A stretch of DNA of 64,000 bases from a bacterium (GCA_028719205.1 JAQUKH010000006.1:1-64000), one strand, 5' to 3'; positions 37,241 through 47,625 are shown, counted from the stretch's first letter. Made by a program: numbers and translations. Notes: a model not told the origin generated them from the letters alone.

Positions 37241-38025
37241 ATATTTTTTATTTTATTTATGAAGCAATATTAGGAATTTTGAAACGCCCTTTAATATTTA
37301 TTTTGAACTTATTTATTTTTATAATACCGATTTATTTCACGGGCACGTCTTTTTTCCTTTACAGAGAAGGCAGAGTGATTTTAAGCCGGGAAAAAGAAAA
37401 ATGGGGTAATTTTCTGGTTGAAGTTGATAGCGGAGCGGATATCCGGTTTTTAAAAGAGCAGGTAAAAAGTTTAAAAGAAATAAAAGGATTAAAAGATACA
37501 GCGGATACCGGCTCGGGGAAAATAGTTTTTCAGGCGGATCTTAATATTGACCTGAATGATGCCCTGAAGATAGAAGAAACAAAACGAATGATCACTGACC
37601 TGAAAGGAGTAAAATTTGTCAAATATCAGGGTGAAGAGATCGAATATATGGAAAACAGAAATTTATTGTTTGCGGGTATATGTTTATTTTTAGGTATAAT
37701 ATCTTCAATTTTTGTTGTAAAATATATCAGAAGCGCATTAAAAAAAGAGTCTGAATTAAATAAAGAACGGATCAATATCCTGGAATTGGCAGGAGCAACT
37801 CCTTTTTTTATCTATAGCATATTTATGGCAAAAGGCTTACTTGCTGGAGCGGCAAGCATTTTATTAACCCTTTTATTTTTGAGGATAAGTTTGGAAAATA
37901 TATTTATAAGCAGTCATTTACAGTTTTTTATTTACCCATCGACTTTATTTATAGTCGCGGCGGGCAGTTTGTTTTTAATTAATATTGATTACTATATGAC
38001 AATAAAAAAAGAAATTAAAATATAA
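37237..38025 (+). CDS. ftsX: FtsX-like permease
   Basis: Four TM segments with a periplasmic loop; I.ILELAGAT..FI...F..G motif. Confidence 0.65.
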   Translation: MNIFYFIYEAILGILKRPLIFILNLFIFIIPIYFTGTSFFLYREGRVILSREKEKWGNFLVEVDSGADIRFLKEQVKSLKEIKGLKDTADTGSGKIVFQADLNIDLNDALKIEETKRMITDLKGVKFVKYQGEEIEYMENRNLLFAGICLFLGIISSIFVVKYIRSALKKESELNKERINILELAGATPFFIYSIFMAKGLLAGAASILLTLLFLRISLENIFISSHLQFFIYPSTLFIVAAGSLFLINIDYYMTIKKEIKI

Positions 38026-38067
38026 ATAGCTAAATTTTTAGCTTATTTAAATGGGGGTATCATTCCA

Positions 38068-39417
38068 ATGAAAAAGAGATTATTTTTTTCAGCTATATTA
38101 ATATGTCTTGTTGTGGGAAGCTTAAATTTTGCTTTTGTCCATGCAACGGCGCCTGCTTCAAAAAATATCTTTCAGGACCTGCGTTTATTTTCAGATGTTC
38201 TTTCCCTTGTTCAGGGTAATTATGTCGAAGAGGTTAAAAGTTCCGATTTGATTTATGGAGCAATCAGAGGAATGATAGGGACTCTTGATCCTTACAGCCA
38301 ATATATGCGCCCGGAGGATTATAAAGAAATGCAGATACATACGAAGGGTAGTTTTGGGGGATTGGGTATTGTGATCGCGGTCAAAGATAATTTACTGACT
38401 ATTGTTTCACCTATAGAAGGAACGCCTGCGTTTCGCGCGGGTTTGCATACTGACGACAGGATCATTAAGATCGACGGGGAACCTACTAAGGATCTTACCT
38501 TAGAACAGGCAGTTAATAAAATGCGGGGGCCGAAGGGTACAAAAGTCTCGATAAGTATTTTACGGGAGGGTGAAGATGAGCTTTTGGAATTTAATCTGAT
38601 CAGGGATATTATTAAAATAAAGAGTATAAAGGCCAAAATGTTTCCGGATGGTATCGGATATATCCGCCTGATGGAATTTAAAGAAAATAGCGGGGAAGAA
38701 ATGGGAAAGGCGATAGAAAAACTAAAAGCCGAGGGTATGAAATCATTAATACTGGATTTGCGGCATAATCCCGGCGGTTTATTAAATGTTTCGGTGCAGG
38801 TTGTGGATTATTTTATTCCAAAAGGAGAGCTTGTTGTTTATACAAAAGGGCGAAACGCGGATCAGACAGTGGAGTTCCGTTCAGACAGGGAACCTATTGA
38901 TAAAAATATTCCTTTAGTGGTTCTCGTCAATAAAGGGAGCGCGAGCGCTTCAGAGATCGTTGCCGGAGCGATCCAGGACCATCATCGCGGAATAATTGTT
39001 GGTGAAAAGACTTTTGGAAAGGCATCGGTTCAGACAATTATTCCACTTTCTGATGATTCAGGGCTGCGTTTAACTACCGCGCACTATTATACACCAAGCG
39101 GAAGAATGATACACGGTGTGGGTATAACACCGGACCTCGTGGTTGAAATTTCTCACGGTACCCAGATGAATATAGCTCAGAACGCGCAGAAAAAAGAGAA
39201 TGAAGATGTTTCTATGGAGCAAAGTAAATGGGAAGAAAAACATGATAGTTTAACGCTTGAGGAGAAACTGGAAAGTTCAGATGAGGATGAGATAAGTGTA
39301 AGAAAGTCAGCTACATGGGAAGATGTTTACGGAGTTGATGGAAAAGAGAATTTTGATATTCAGTTAAAATGGGGTGTGGATGTTTTATTAGCCCAGGAAG
39401 TTTATAAAAGTTTATAG
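38068..39417 (+). CDS. ctpA: Carboxy-terminal processing protease (S41, PDZ)
   Basis: LDPYS, GGLGI, DLRHNPGGLL, SASASEI, TFGKASVQ, YYTPSG. Confidence 0.93.
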   Translation: MKKRLFFSAILICLVVGSLNFAFVHATAPASKNIFQDLRLFSDVLSLVQGNYVEEVKSSDLIYGAIRGMIGTLDPYSQYMRPEDYKEMQIHTKGSFGGLGIVIAVKDNLLTIVSPIEGTPAFRAGLHTDDRIIKIDGEPTKDLTLEQAVNKMRGPKGTKVSISILREGEDELLEFNLIRDIIKIKSIKAKMFPDGIGYIRLMEFKENSGEEMGKAIEKLKAEGMKSLILDLRHNPGGLLNVSVQVVDYFIPKGELVVYTKGRNADQTVEFRSDREPIDKNIPLVVLVNKGSASASEIVAGAIQDHHRGIIVGEKTFGKASVQTIIPLSDDSGLRLTTAHYYTPSGRMIHGVGITPDLVVEISHGTQMNIAQNAQKKENEDVSMEQSKWEEKHDSLTLEEKLESSDEDEISVRKSATWEDVYGVDGKENFDIQLKWGVDVLLAQEVYKSL

Positions 39418-39460
39418 AAGTTTATAAAAATCTCTTAGATAAATAGTTTTAATCGCAAAC

Positions 39461-39490
39461 AAAGAGCGGGGTAATACCCGCTCTCTTTTG
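39461..39490 (+). terminator. Intrinsic terminator after ctpA
   Basis: AGAGCGGG-GTAATA-CCCGCTCT followed by CTTTTG. Confidence 0.65.
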
Positions 39491-39492
39491 TT

Positions 39493-39520
39493 GTAGGGGT
39501 TCAAAATTTTGAACCCTTGC
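39493..39520 (+). repeat. Second GTAG-type REP family member
   Basis: GTAGGGGTTCAAAATTTTGAACCCTTGC: GTAG tetranucleotide plus palindrome. Confidence 0.55.
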
Positions 39521-39539
39521 AAATAAAATATGGTGGCAT

Positions 39540-40535
39540 ATGTACATTCTCGGTATTGAAACTTCCTGTGATGAGACCGCCGCGGCGGTTGTAAATGGCA
39601 AAAAAGAATTATTATCAAATGTGGTATTTTCGCAGCTTAAAATACATAAACCATATGGCGGTGTAGTTCCCGAATTTGCAAGCCGTAATCATTTAAAAAA
39701 AATAAATACTGTTATTGGTCAAGCCATTAGAGAAGCCGGTATAAAGTTAAGCGATTTAAACGCGATATCAGTTACTTATAAACCCGGGCTTGTCGGTTCT
39801 CTTTTGATAGGTATCTCAACCGCAAAAGCGTTAGCTTACGCCTTAAATATTCCGCTTATCGGGATAAACCATATTTACGGACATATTTACGCGAATTATG
39901 TTAATGATAATAGAAAAAAATTTCCGGGAATAGCTTTGGTGGTTTCCGGCGGGCATACCAGTTTGTTCCTTTGCAGAGGCCATAATAAGTTTTCTTTATT
40001 AAGCCAGACGAGGGATGATGCCGCGGGTGAGGCGTTTGATAAAGTCTCAAAGAGCATGAATTTAGGTTATCCGGGCGGGCCGTTGATTGAAAAAATGGCA
40101 AAAGCAGGTGATCCCGGCGCGTTTAAATTTCCTTCTGCGCGGTTTAAAAAAGGAAATAAATTGGATTTTAGTTTCAGCGGCTTAAAAACTGCTGTCTGGT
40201 GCACATATAATAAGAATATTAATGTGAAAAATTTTAATTTACATGACCTTGCGGCCGGATTCCAGAAATCGGTCGTTGATACTCTGGTTCGTAATACATT
40301 TGAATCCGCGAACCGGTATAAGATCAAAAGTATTCTATTATCCGGCGGTGTGGCGTCAAATTCTTCTTTGCGTGAGGCAATGCAGGAAAAAGCAAAAAAG
40401 GAAGGCCTGGATCTTTTTTGTCCTCCTAAAGAATTTTGCACGGATAACGGGGCGATGGTCGCGGTCGCGGGGGCGTATAAATTTAAGAAAGGTATGAAAT
40501 TTGAGTTTGGTCTGGAACCAGACGCTGCATTTTAA
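39540..40535 (+). CDS. tsaD: tRNA N6-adenosine threonylcarbamoyltransferase
   Basis: ILGIETSCDET, GGVVPE.ASR.H, HIYGH, VSGGHT, DDAAGEAFDK, TDNGAM. Confidence 0.96.
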   Translation: MYILGIETSCDETAAAVVNGKKELLSNVVFSQLKIHKPYGGVVPEFASRNHLKKINTVIGQAIREAGIKLSDLNAISVTYKPGLVGSLLIGISTAKALAYALNIPLIGINHIYGHIYANYVNDNRKKFPGIALVVSGGHTSLFLCRGHNKFSLLSQTRDDAAGEAFDKVSKSMNLGYPGGPLIEKMAKAGDPGAFKFPSARFKKGNKLDFSFSGLKTAVWCTYNKNINVKNFNLHDLAAGFQKSVVDTLVRNTFESANRYKIKSILLSGGVASNSSLREAMQEKAKKEGLDLFCPPKEFCTDNGAMVAVAGAYKFKKGMKFEFGLEPDAAF

Positions 40536-40554
40536 TTAAAATGGAATTTATAAT

Positions 40555-41538
40555 ATGTTAAAAATAGGTAATCTTGAATTAAAAAATAATGTTATCCTGG
40601 CGCCTATGGCGGGGTACACGGATCTGCCTTTCAGGTTATTGGTAAAAGAAATATCCGGCTGCGGTCTGGTGTGTTCAGAAATGATAAGCAGCGACGGATT
40701 AGTGCGTAAAAATAAAAAAACACAGGACCTGTTAATAAGCTCAAAAGCGGAAAAACCTGTCAGCTGCCAATTGTTTGGAAATAATCCGGATATAATGGCT
40801 GACGCGGGGATGCTTTTAGAAGAAATGTGGGCGGATATTGTTGATCTGAATTTTGGGTGCCCTGAACCCAAAGTTGTCCGTTCGGGAAGCGGCTCGGCTT
40901 TAATGAAAAATCCGGCAATGCTTTTTTCTATTGTTACAAAAGTAAGAAAAAAGATCAAGATCCCGCTGACTGTAAAAATCCGTTCCGGCTGGGATGAGAA
41001 AAATATCAACGCGGTAATGATCGCTAAGGGCTGTGAAGATTGCGGGGCGGACGCGGTTGTGGTCCATCCAAGGACAAGGAGCCAGTTTTTTTGCGGCCAT
41101 TCCGATTGGCAGATAATAAAAGATGTTAAATCAAAAGTGAAAATCCCTGTGATCGGGAGCGGAGATATCAAAAATATTTGTGACGCGAAGGATATGACAG
41201 AAATGAGCGGTTGTGACGGAGTAATGATCGGGAGGGGCGCGATAGGCCGGCCATGGTTTTTGAAGCAGATAATCCATTATTTAGGAACAGGGGAAAAAAT
41301 AGAAGAGCCTTCACTGGATGAGAAAATAAATATCCTGCTTAAGCATATTGAATATTTTTGCTGTTTGAAAAGTAAAGATAAGGCTATATTTGAAATACGT
41401 AAAAGTATTTCTTTTTATTTTAAGGGAATGTTCCACGCGAAATTATGGCGCAAGGAATTAATGGATATGCAAAAAATAAATGATGTTAAGGCGTATTTAG
41501 ATCAGATAAGGGTATATGAAAAGTCTCAGCCTGTTTAA
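40555..41538 (+). CDS. dusB: tRNA dihydrouridine synthase
   Basis: LAPMAGYTD, DLNFGCP, VKIRSG, GVMIGRG. Confidence 0.92.
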   Translation: MLKIGNLELKNNVILAPMAGYTDLPFRLLVKEISGCGLVCSEMISSDGLVRKNKKTQDLLISSKAEKPVSCQLFGNNPDIMADAGMLLEEMWADIVDLNFGCPEPKVVRSGSGSALMKNPAMLFSIVTKVRKKIKIPLTVKIRSGWDEKNINAVMIAKGCEDCGADAVVVHPRTRSQFFCGHSDWQIIKDVKSKVKIPVIGSGDIKNICDAKDMTEMSGCDGVMIGRGAIGRPWFLKQIIHYLGTGEKIEEPSLDEKINILLKHIEYFCCLKSKDKAIFEIRKSISFYFKGMFHAKLWRKELMDMQKINDVKAYLDQIRVYEKSQPV

Positions 41539-42394
41539 TTTATTTTTTTTGCTGCTGTATTTATCAGGAACCGCGATAGGTCTGGATGTTGAATTTTACC
41601 GTGAAAAAATTTTCTCGGGAAAGACGCTGGTAGTATTAATAAAAGATAAGGACGAAAAAATAGGTAATGTAAGAGGAAATTTCCTTGGGTCTGAATTCGA
41701 TTTTTATCGTGCTGGAGATGGGAAATATTTTTGCGCGAGGGGTGTTAATATTTATATGAAAAGCGGGAAATATCCTTTTTCTCTGGATGTCCGGTGTAGA
41801 AATGGAGAAGAGGAAAAAAGCGAATATAAAATTATAATCGAAGGCGGAAAGATAGAAAAAAAAGATAAAATTAAAATTGCTGAAGAAAACATAAAAGATG
41901 TTACTAAAGAAAATTCAGATAATGAAAATATTTATATCAGCTTAATAGTCAGGCAGGTTACAACAAATCGCCTGTGGCGGGGAAATTTTATGATGCCTGT
42001 TAAAGGTGTTATTACTTCGCCTTTTTACGGATTCCGTTCAATAAATAACGGCGCGAAATTTTTTCACCAGGGATTGGATCTTGCGTGTCCGGAGGGGACT
42101 GAGGTTAAGGCCTCAAATGACGGAGAGGTGGTTTTGACAGAAAAGTTGATTTCACGGGGGAATACAGTTATAATTAACCATGGGCAGGGGATCTTTAGTG
42201 TATATTATCATTTGTCCAGGATCGAAGTGAAAGAAAAAGATATCTTAAAAAAGGGTGATCTGCTCGGGCTTTCCGGAATGACCGGCATATCTACAGGCCC
42301 GCATCTTCACTGGTCAATTTTTGCTAATGGTGTCGCGGTTGATCCCGCGGATTGGATCGATGGCAGTATTGAAAAGTTTATCTTTGAGGATTAA
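41516..42394 (+). CDS. M23 family metallopeptidase
   Basis: HQGLD, Y.HLS, STGPHLHW. Confidence 0.9.
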   Translation: MKSLSLFNLFFLLLYLSGTAIGLDVEFYREKIFSGKTLVVLIKDKDEKIGNVRGNFLGSEFDFYRAGDGKYFCARGVNIYMKSGKYPFSLDVRCRNGEEEKSEYKIIIEGGKIEKKDKIKIAEENIKDVTKENSDNENIYISLIVRQVTTNRLWRGNFMMPVKGVITSPFYGFRSINNGAKFFHQGLDLACPEGTEVKASNDGEVVLTEKLISRGNTVIINHGQGIFSVYYHLSRIEVKEKDILKKGDLLGLSGMTGISTGPHLHWSIFANGVAVDPADWIDGSIEKFIFED

Positions 42395-42417
42395 TTGACC
42401 TTTTATCGGGAGGCAAA

Positions 42418-42996
42418 ATGTCAGGTAAAAAACAAAATATATTGATAGGAATAACCGGAAGTATCGCGGCTTATAAGATCTGTGAGCTTATAAGGGCATT
42501 AAAGAAAAAAGATGTTTCCGTAAAAGTAATTTTGACAAAAGCAGGCGAGCAGTTTGTTACACCGCTTACTATTTCAACTTTAACTGAAAACAGGGTGTAT
42601 AAGGATCTATTTGTTGATGACGCAGGGGCACACCGTGACATGCCATTACTGGAACATATTAACCTTTCTGATTGGGCTGATGTTTGTGTGATCGCTCCGG
42701 CAAGCGCGAATACAATCGCGAAAATTGCCCATGGTATAGCGGATAATCTTTTAACTTCAACGGTGCTTGCTTTGCCTAAAGAGGTTCCTTTAATTATATG
42801 CCCCGCGATGAATGTAAATATGTGGGAGAATAAAATGGTCCGGAAAAATATGTCGGTTGTTCAGGAAATTGCGGATATTGTCGGCCCTAAAAAAGGCCGG
42901 TTAGCCTGCGGTGTTGAAGGCATGGGCGCGATGGCGGATGTGGAAGATATCTTTGAAGTTATAGTTAAAAAGTTAAGGAGTTTTAATGGAAAATAA
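42418..42996 (+). CDS. coaC: Phosphopantothenoylcysteine decarboxylase (stand-alone CoaC, HFCD flavoprotein)
   Basis: GITGSIAAYK, APASANTIAK, PAMNVNMW, LACG; no CoaB domain. Confidence 0.8.
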   Translation: MSGKKQNILIGITGSIAAYKICELIRALKKKDVSVKVILTKAGEQFVTPLTISTLTENRVYKDLFVDDAGAHRDMPLLEHINLSDWADVCVIAPASANTIAKIAHGIADNLLTSTVLALPKEVPLIICPAMNVNMWENKMVRKNMSVVQEIADIVGPKKGRLACGVEGMGAMADVEDIFEVIVKKLRSFNGK

Positions 42997-43264
42997 TGGA
43001 CAGCCTGTTTTTAGTACAAAAGAGATAATATACCGGCTTGTAATAAGCGGCCTTTTGCTTTTTATTGCCGTTATTGGTTATATAACGCTTCTTTTGTCAA
43101 AGGAGCTGATATCCTATAAAATTCTAATGGGGATTATTTTAACTTTATGGAGTTTCAGCGGCAATAAAGCTAAAGGAAAAGCTTTAAATTTGTGGGTGAT
43201 GCGTATCGGCGGAATCAGTTTGCTTTTAACAGGTATTGCCAACTATTTTAACTGGATATTATGA
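42986..43264 (+). CDS. Small membrane protein
   Basis: Three hydrophobic segments; overlaps both neighbours; SD AAGGAG. Confidence 0.65.
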   Translation: MENNGQPVFSTKEIIYRLVISGLLLFIAVIGYITLLLSKELISYKILMGIILTLWSFSGNKAKGKALNLWVMRIGGISLLLTGIANYFNWIL

Positions 43265-43911
43265 AATTAAAGAAAAAAAACGGTTTTTTTATTACTTTCG
43301 AAGGGCCTGATGGAGGCGGTAAGAGTACGCATATCAAACTATTGGCTGAGTTTTTAAAGAAAAAGGGATATTCAGTTGTTCTGACACGTGAACCCGGCGG
43401 GACTGCGTTAGGCGAGGATATCCGTGACGTGCTTTTGGATCCAAGGATTAAAAATCTGTCTTTATGGAGCGAGCTTTTTTTGTATCTTTCGTGCCGCAGT
43501 CAGATATTGGAAGAGGTGATAAAGCCGGCTTTGAGATCACAAAAAATTGTTCTCTGTGACCGTTTTACTGACGCGACAGTTGCCTATCAGGGTTTTGGAA
43601 GAAAAATAGATATTGATCTGATCAAAAATTTGAACGGACTGCTGGTCGGGGAATTTAAACCGGATCTGACTGTGCTTATTGATATTGAGCCGGAAACAGG
43701 TTTGGAAAGAAGCTGCGTCCGCGGAGGCAAAGTTGACCGTATAGAAAAGGAAAAGATCGCTTTTCATCGGCGGGTTAGAAATGGGTATTTAGATCTTTCC
43801 AAAAAAGAATCAAAACGGTTTTTGGTTGTCGCGGGCGGGGATTCACTTGAAAAAAATAAAGCTATTATCCAAAAAGGGGTTTTGAAAAGGATAAAAGATG
43901 TCCTGGGATAA
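43261..43911 (+). CDS. tmk: Thymidylate kinase
   Basis: FITFEGPDGGGKST, TREPGGT, CDRF.DATVAYQG. Confidence 0.95.
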   Translation: MKLKKKNGFFITFEGPDGGGKSTHIKLLAEFLKKKGYSVVLTREPGGTALGEDIRDVLLDPRIKNLSLWSELFLYLSCRSQILEEVIKPALRSQKIVLCDRFTDATVAYQGFGRKIDIDLIKNLNGLLVGEFKPDLTVLIDIEPETGLERSCVRGGKVDRIEKEKIAFHRRVRNGYLDLSKKESKRFLVVAGGDSLEKNKAIIQKGVLKRIKDVLG

Positions 43912-44881
43912 TGTAATCGGGCAAAAAAGAGTTATTGAAATATTAAAAAGAACGATCGAAAACGGGCGTATCCCGCAGGCGTATATTTTTACCGGTACCG
44001 ATGGGACCGGTAAACGTCTTGTCGCGAAAGAATTAGCTAAGGCCCTGAATTGTGAAAAGAACACCGGAAACGCTTGTAATATTTGCCTTTCCTGCAATAA
44101 AATAGACAGGGATATACATCCGGATGTAGAGGTTATTTCACCCGCGGGACAAAGTGGCGGGATCAAGATAGAGCAAATCCATGCCATCAGGGAGCGGATT
44201 TTTTTAAAACCGCTGGAGGGAAAATATAAATTTTATATTATTGACCACGCGGAAGGTTTAATAAAACCTCAGGAGGCGTCAGGAAACGCGCTTTTAAAAC
44301 TTTTAGAAGAACCGCCAAATGATACAATTTTTGTTTTGATCCCTACAGAGGGCCAGGCTTTGATACCGACAATTGTATCACGCTGTCAGAAAATAAAATT
44401 TGATTATCTTTCAATTGGCGAGGTTGAAAAGGTTTTACGGGACAAATTTTTTTATAATGAAGAAGACGCGAGGTTATCCGCCGGATTTTCTTTCGGGCGG
44501 GTTGACAGGGCATTATCTTTCAAAGACGAAAAAACAAAAATAGAACGGGAGGAGGTTTTTAAAAATTTAAAAAGCCCTTTTTTAAAGAATCTTTTGACCT
44601 GGGCCAGGGAACTTAGTTCAATGCGGGAAAAGGCAATAGATGTTTTAGATATAATGATATTGTATATGCGCGATATATTGATATATAAAATTACAAACGA
44701 AAAAATGTTTTTAATAAACGCGGATTATTTTAAAGAGATAGAAGCAGAGCAAAAAGACACAGTAGCCGGTATTTTAAAAAAAATAAAATTAATACAAAAA
44801 ACTAAACAATTAATTGAACAAAATATCAATCTTCAGTTAGCCTTGGAGGTTATGTTCATGGAGATAATAGAAAATGAATAA
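43898..44881 (+). CDS. holB: DNA polymerase III delta' subunit
   Basis: G..GTGK, zinc finger C..C.SC, HPD, NALLKLLEEPP, TIVSRC. Confidence 0.92.
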   Translation: MSWDNVIGQKRVIEILKRTIENGRIPQAYIFTGTDGTGKRLVAKELAKALNCEKNTGNACNICLSCNKIDRDIHPDVEVISPAGQSGGIKIEQIHAIRERIFLKPLEGKYKFYIIDHAEGLIKPQEASGNALLKLLEEPPNDTIFVLIPTEGQALIPTIVSRCQKIKFDYLSIGEVEKVLRDKFFYNEEDARLSAGFSFGRVDRALSFKDEKTKIEREEVFKNLKSPFLKNLLTWARELSSMREKAIDVLDIMILYMRDILIYKITNEKMFLINADYFKEIEAEQKDTVAGILKKIKLIQKTKQLIEQNINLQLALEVMFMEIIENE

Positions 44882-45674
44882 AATGGTAGGGATAAAATTT
44901 AAAGATGTATGCCAGATATATTATTTTGGTTTAGAAAATATTGAACTTCAGATCGGAGATGATTGTATTGTCCAGACTAAGGATGCCATTGATTTTGGCA
45001 AAGTGGTTACCGAAATAAAGACAGTCTTAGACGCAAGTATGAACGATAAACTTTCAGGAAGAGTCCTTCGCGTGGCAAACGAAAATGATTATAAAAAGAT
45101 CGAAGAAAATAAACAAAAGGAAAAAGAAGCCTATGATGCGTGCCATGTGAAGATCAGGGAACGTAATTTACCGATGAAACTTGTATCGGTGGTATATACC
45201 TTTGACGCCAAAAAAGCGGTTTTTTATTTTACTTCAGAAGGAAGGGTAGATTTCAGGGAATTGGTAAAAGACCTCGCCTATGTTTATAAAATAAGGATCG
45301 AGCTCCGTCAGATCGGCGTCCGGGATGAGGCAAGAATGATCGGAGGGTTCGGTAATTGCGGGCGGGAGGTATGCTGTGCCACATTTTTGGGAGATTTTGA
45401 ACCGGTTTCGATACGAATGGCAAAGACGCAAAACATGATACTGAATCCCCAGAAAATATCGGGGATATGCGGCCGTTTGATGTGCTGTCTTATGTATGAA
45501 TATGAAACCTATAAAGGCCTTTTAAAAGAACTGCCTAAAATGGGAAGCAAGATAACTGTTAAAGAAGGAGCTGGAAGGATAATCGGGATAGATCCTCTCC
45601 GGGGCATCGTCAGGATAAAACTGGAAAATGAAACTGAAATAGAAATGAACGCGCAGGATCTGGTAAAGAAATAG
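44874..45674 (+). CDS. ricT: PSP1/RicT (YaaT) family protein
   Basis: RVDFRELVKDL, RIELRQIGVRDEA, CGREVCC, ISGICGRLMCCL. Confidence 0.88.
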   Translation: MNKMVGIKFKDVCQIYYFGLENIELQIGDDCIVQTKDAIDFGKVVTEIKTVLDASMNDKLSGRVLRVANENDYKKIEENKQKEKEAYDACHVKIRERNLPMKLVSVVYTFDAKKAVFYFTSEGRVDFRELVKDLAYVYKIRIELRQIGVRDEARMIGGFGNCGREVCCATFLGDFEPVSIRMAKTQNMILNPQKISGICGRLMCCLMYEYETYKGLLKELPKMGSKITVKEGAGRIIGIDPLRGIVRIKLENETEIEMNAQDLVKK

Positions 45675-45676
45675 TT

Positions 45677-47194
45677 ATGCGAAAAAAATATTATTTAACT
45701 ACACCATTATATTATGTAAATGATAAGCCCCATATAGGACATAGTTATACAAATATCGCGGTAGACGCGATGGCCAGGTATCAAAGATCAAAAAGGGAAG
45801 AGGTTTTCTTTTTAACCGGCACCGATGAACACGGCAAGAAAGTTGAGCAGGCGGCCGAGGAGCGCGGTTTTACAGGGCAGGTATTAGCGGATCAGATGGT
45901 TGTAAGATTTCAGGATTTATGGAAAAGACTGAATATTTCTAACAATGAGTTTATCCGTACAACAGAAAAACGCCATAAGATGGCAGTCGGGGCTGTGTTC
46001 AAAAAACTATTGGAAAAAGGAGATATTTATAAGGGCGAATATGAAGGATGGTATTGCACGCCGTGTGAGACTTTTTTAACTGAAACCCAGGCGGAAAATA
46101 ATTTATGCCCGGATTGCAGGCGGCCGCTCGAAAAATTAAAAGAGGAAAGCTATTTTTTCAAAATGTCCGGGTATGAAAAAAAACTTCTGGAACATTTAGA
46201 AAACAATCCGGATTTTATTATTCCACATTCCCGTTATAATGAAGTTGTGAGTTTTGTCAAGGGAGGATTAACTGATCTTAGCATCAGCCGGACAAATTTC
46301 CAGTGGGGGATCCCTGTGCCGGGTGACCCAAAGCATATTATTTATGTATGGTTTGACGCGCTTTTGAATTATATTACGGTCGCGGGATATGGCGTAGAGA
46401 ATAAAAAGCTTGAAGAGTTATGGCCGGCGGACATTCATTTTATGGGGAAGGACATACTTAAATTTCACGCGGTGATCTGGCCCGCGATCCTTTTCGCGCT
46501 TGGCCTCGAATTGCCCAAACATATTGCCGCGCACGGCTGGTGGACAGTCGATAAGAAAAAAATGTCTAAATCCCTGGGTAATGTGGTTGACCCGATAGAA
46601 ATGATCGAAAGATTCGGCGTCGATCAATACCGCTATTTCCTGTTAAGAGAGATCCCCTTCGGATCGGACGGCGATTTCTCGATCGATCTATTAATAAAAA
46701 GAATTAACGGCGACCTCGCGAATGACCTCGGAAATCTTCTGAACCGGACACTGGTAATGATAGAAAAATATAATGAGGGAATGGTACCGGAAAAAGGAAC
46801 TCCTCAAAATGAATTAAAAGTAATGCTTGATGATGTTCTGCCAAAATTCAATAAAGCAATGGAAGGTGTTCAGTTCAGTGAGGCATTGACGGAGATCTGG
46901 AGGCTTGTGCGCCTTGCGAATAAATATATTGACACGCAGGCCCCGTGGAAATTAATAAAGGAAGGGAAAAAAGACGAAGCGTCAGCGGTTCTTTTTGATC
47001 TGGCCGAGGCCTTGAGGATAACAGCGATCCTGATCTATCCTTTTATGCCTGAGTCCTCGGAGAAGATCTTCAGTCAATTAGGTTTAACAGTAAATTCAGA
47101 TAAAATCCTGCTCGAAGAAGCCGTCTGGGGAAAATTCCCTCCAAAGACCAAAACAATCCGCGGTAATCCGATCTTTCCGAGAATTGAAAAGTAA
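45677..47194 (+). CDS. metG: Methionine--tRNA ligase, short form without the C-terminal tRNA-binding domain
   Basis: YYVNDKPHIGH, TGTDEHG, YVWFDAL, KMSKS; ends FPRIEK. Confidence 0.96.
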   Translation: MRKKYYLTTPLYYVNDKPHIGHSYTNIAVDAMARYQRSKREEVFFLTGTDEHGKKVEQAAEERGFTGQVLADQMVVRFQDLWKRLNISNNEFIRTTEKRHKMAVGAVFKKLLEKGDIYKGEYEGWYCTPCETFLTETQAENNLCPDCRRPLEKLKEESYFFKMSGYEKKLLEHLENNPDFIIPHSRYNEVVSFVKGGLTDLSISRTNFQWGIPVPGDPKHIIYVWFDALLNYITVAGYGVENKKLEELWPADIHFMGKDILKFHAVIWPAILFALGLELPKHIAAHGWWTVDKKKMSKSLGNVVDPIEMIERFGVDQYRYFLLREIPFGSDGDFSIDLLIKRINGDLANDLGNLLNRTLVMIEKYNEGMVPEKGTPQNELKVMLDDVLPKFNKAMEGVQFSEALTEIWRLVRLANKYIDTQAPWKLIKEGKKDEASAVLFDLAEALRITAILIYPFMPESSEKIFSQLGLTVNSDKILLEEAVWGKFPPKTKTIRGNPIFPRIEK

Positions 47195-47295
47195 CGCCAT
47201 TAATTGCTTGATAAAGCTGAAAATTTGGTATATATAAATAACTAAAGTGATCAGTAAAGTTGAGATCCTTCAGGTTTCTAAAAGATGAGGTATTT

Positions 47296-47619
47296 ATGAG
47301 TTTGAAATTGTCGGTAATTTTGATATTTTTTGTTTCGGTTTTATTAACAGCACAGGTAAAAGCCTTTGATCTGGACGCAGGTTTCGGAGCAGGGATATCC
47401 TGTTTTTACGAAAGAAGCGGCGGCAAGGCCCGAAATCTTTACAGATTGGGTGTTCCTTATCTTAAAGAAAAAAATATCAGTTTCGGTTTCAAAGAAGACG
47501 CAGGCGTTGACCTCTGGTTTCTTCCTGAAAAGAAAATTGAAGTTTCATTACTTTCCGCTATTACAATTACAAAAAACACAGATGGACCTTTCATATTCTG
47601 CGGCACTTGGAACTTTTAA
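47296..47619 (+). CDS. Small secreted/outer-membrane hypothetical protein
   Basis: SD GAGGT, signal peptide, beta-rich sequence, C-terminal Phe. Confidence 0.55.
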   Translation: MSLKLSVILIFFVSVLLTAQVKAFDLDAGFGAGISCFYERSGGKARNLYRLGVPYLKEKNISFGFKEDAGVDLWFLPEKKIEVSLLSAITITKNTDGPFIFCGTWNF

Positions 47620-47625
47620 AACCTA

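Noticed and set aside
40548-41171. 207-aa ORF antisense to dusB
   Set aside because: Shadow of a conserved gene with no recognisable motifs.
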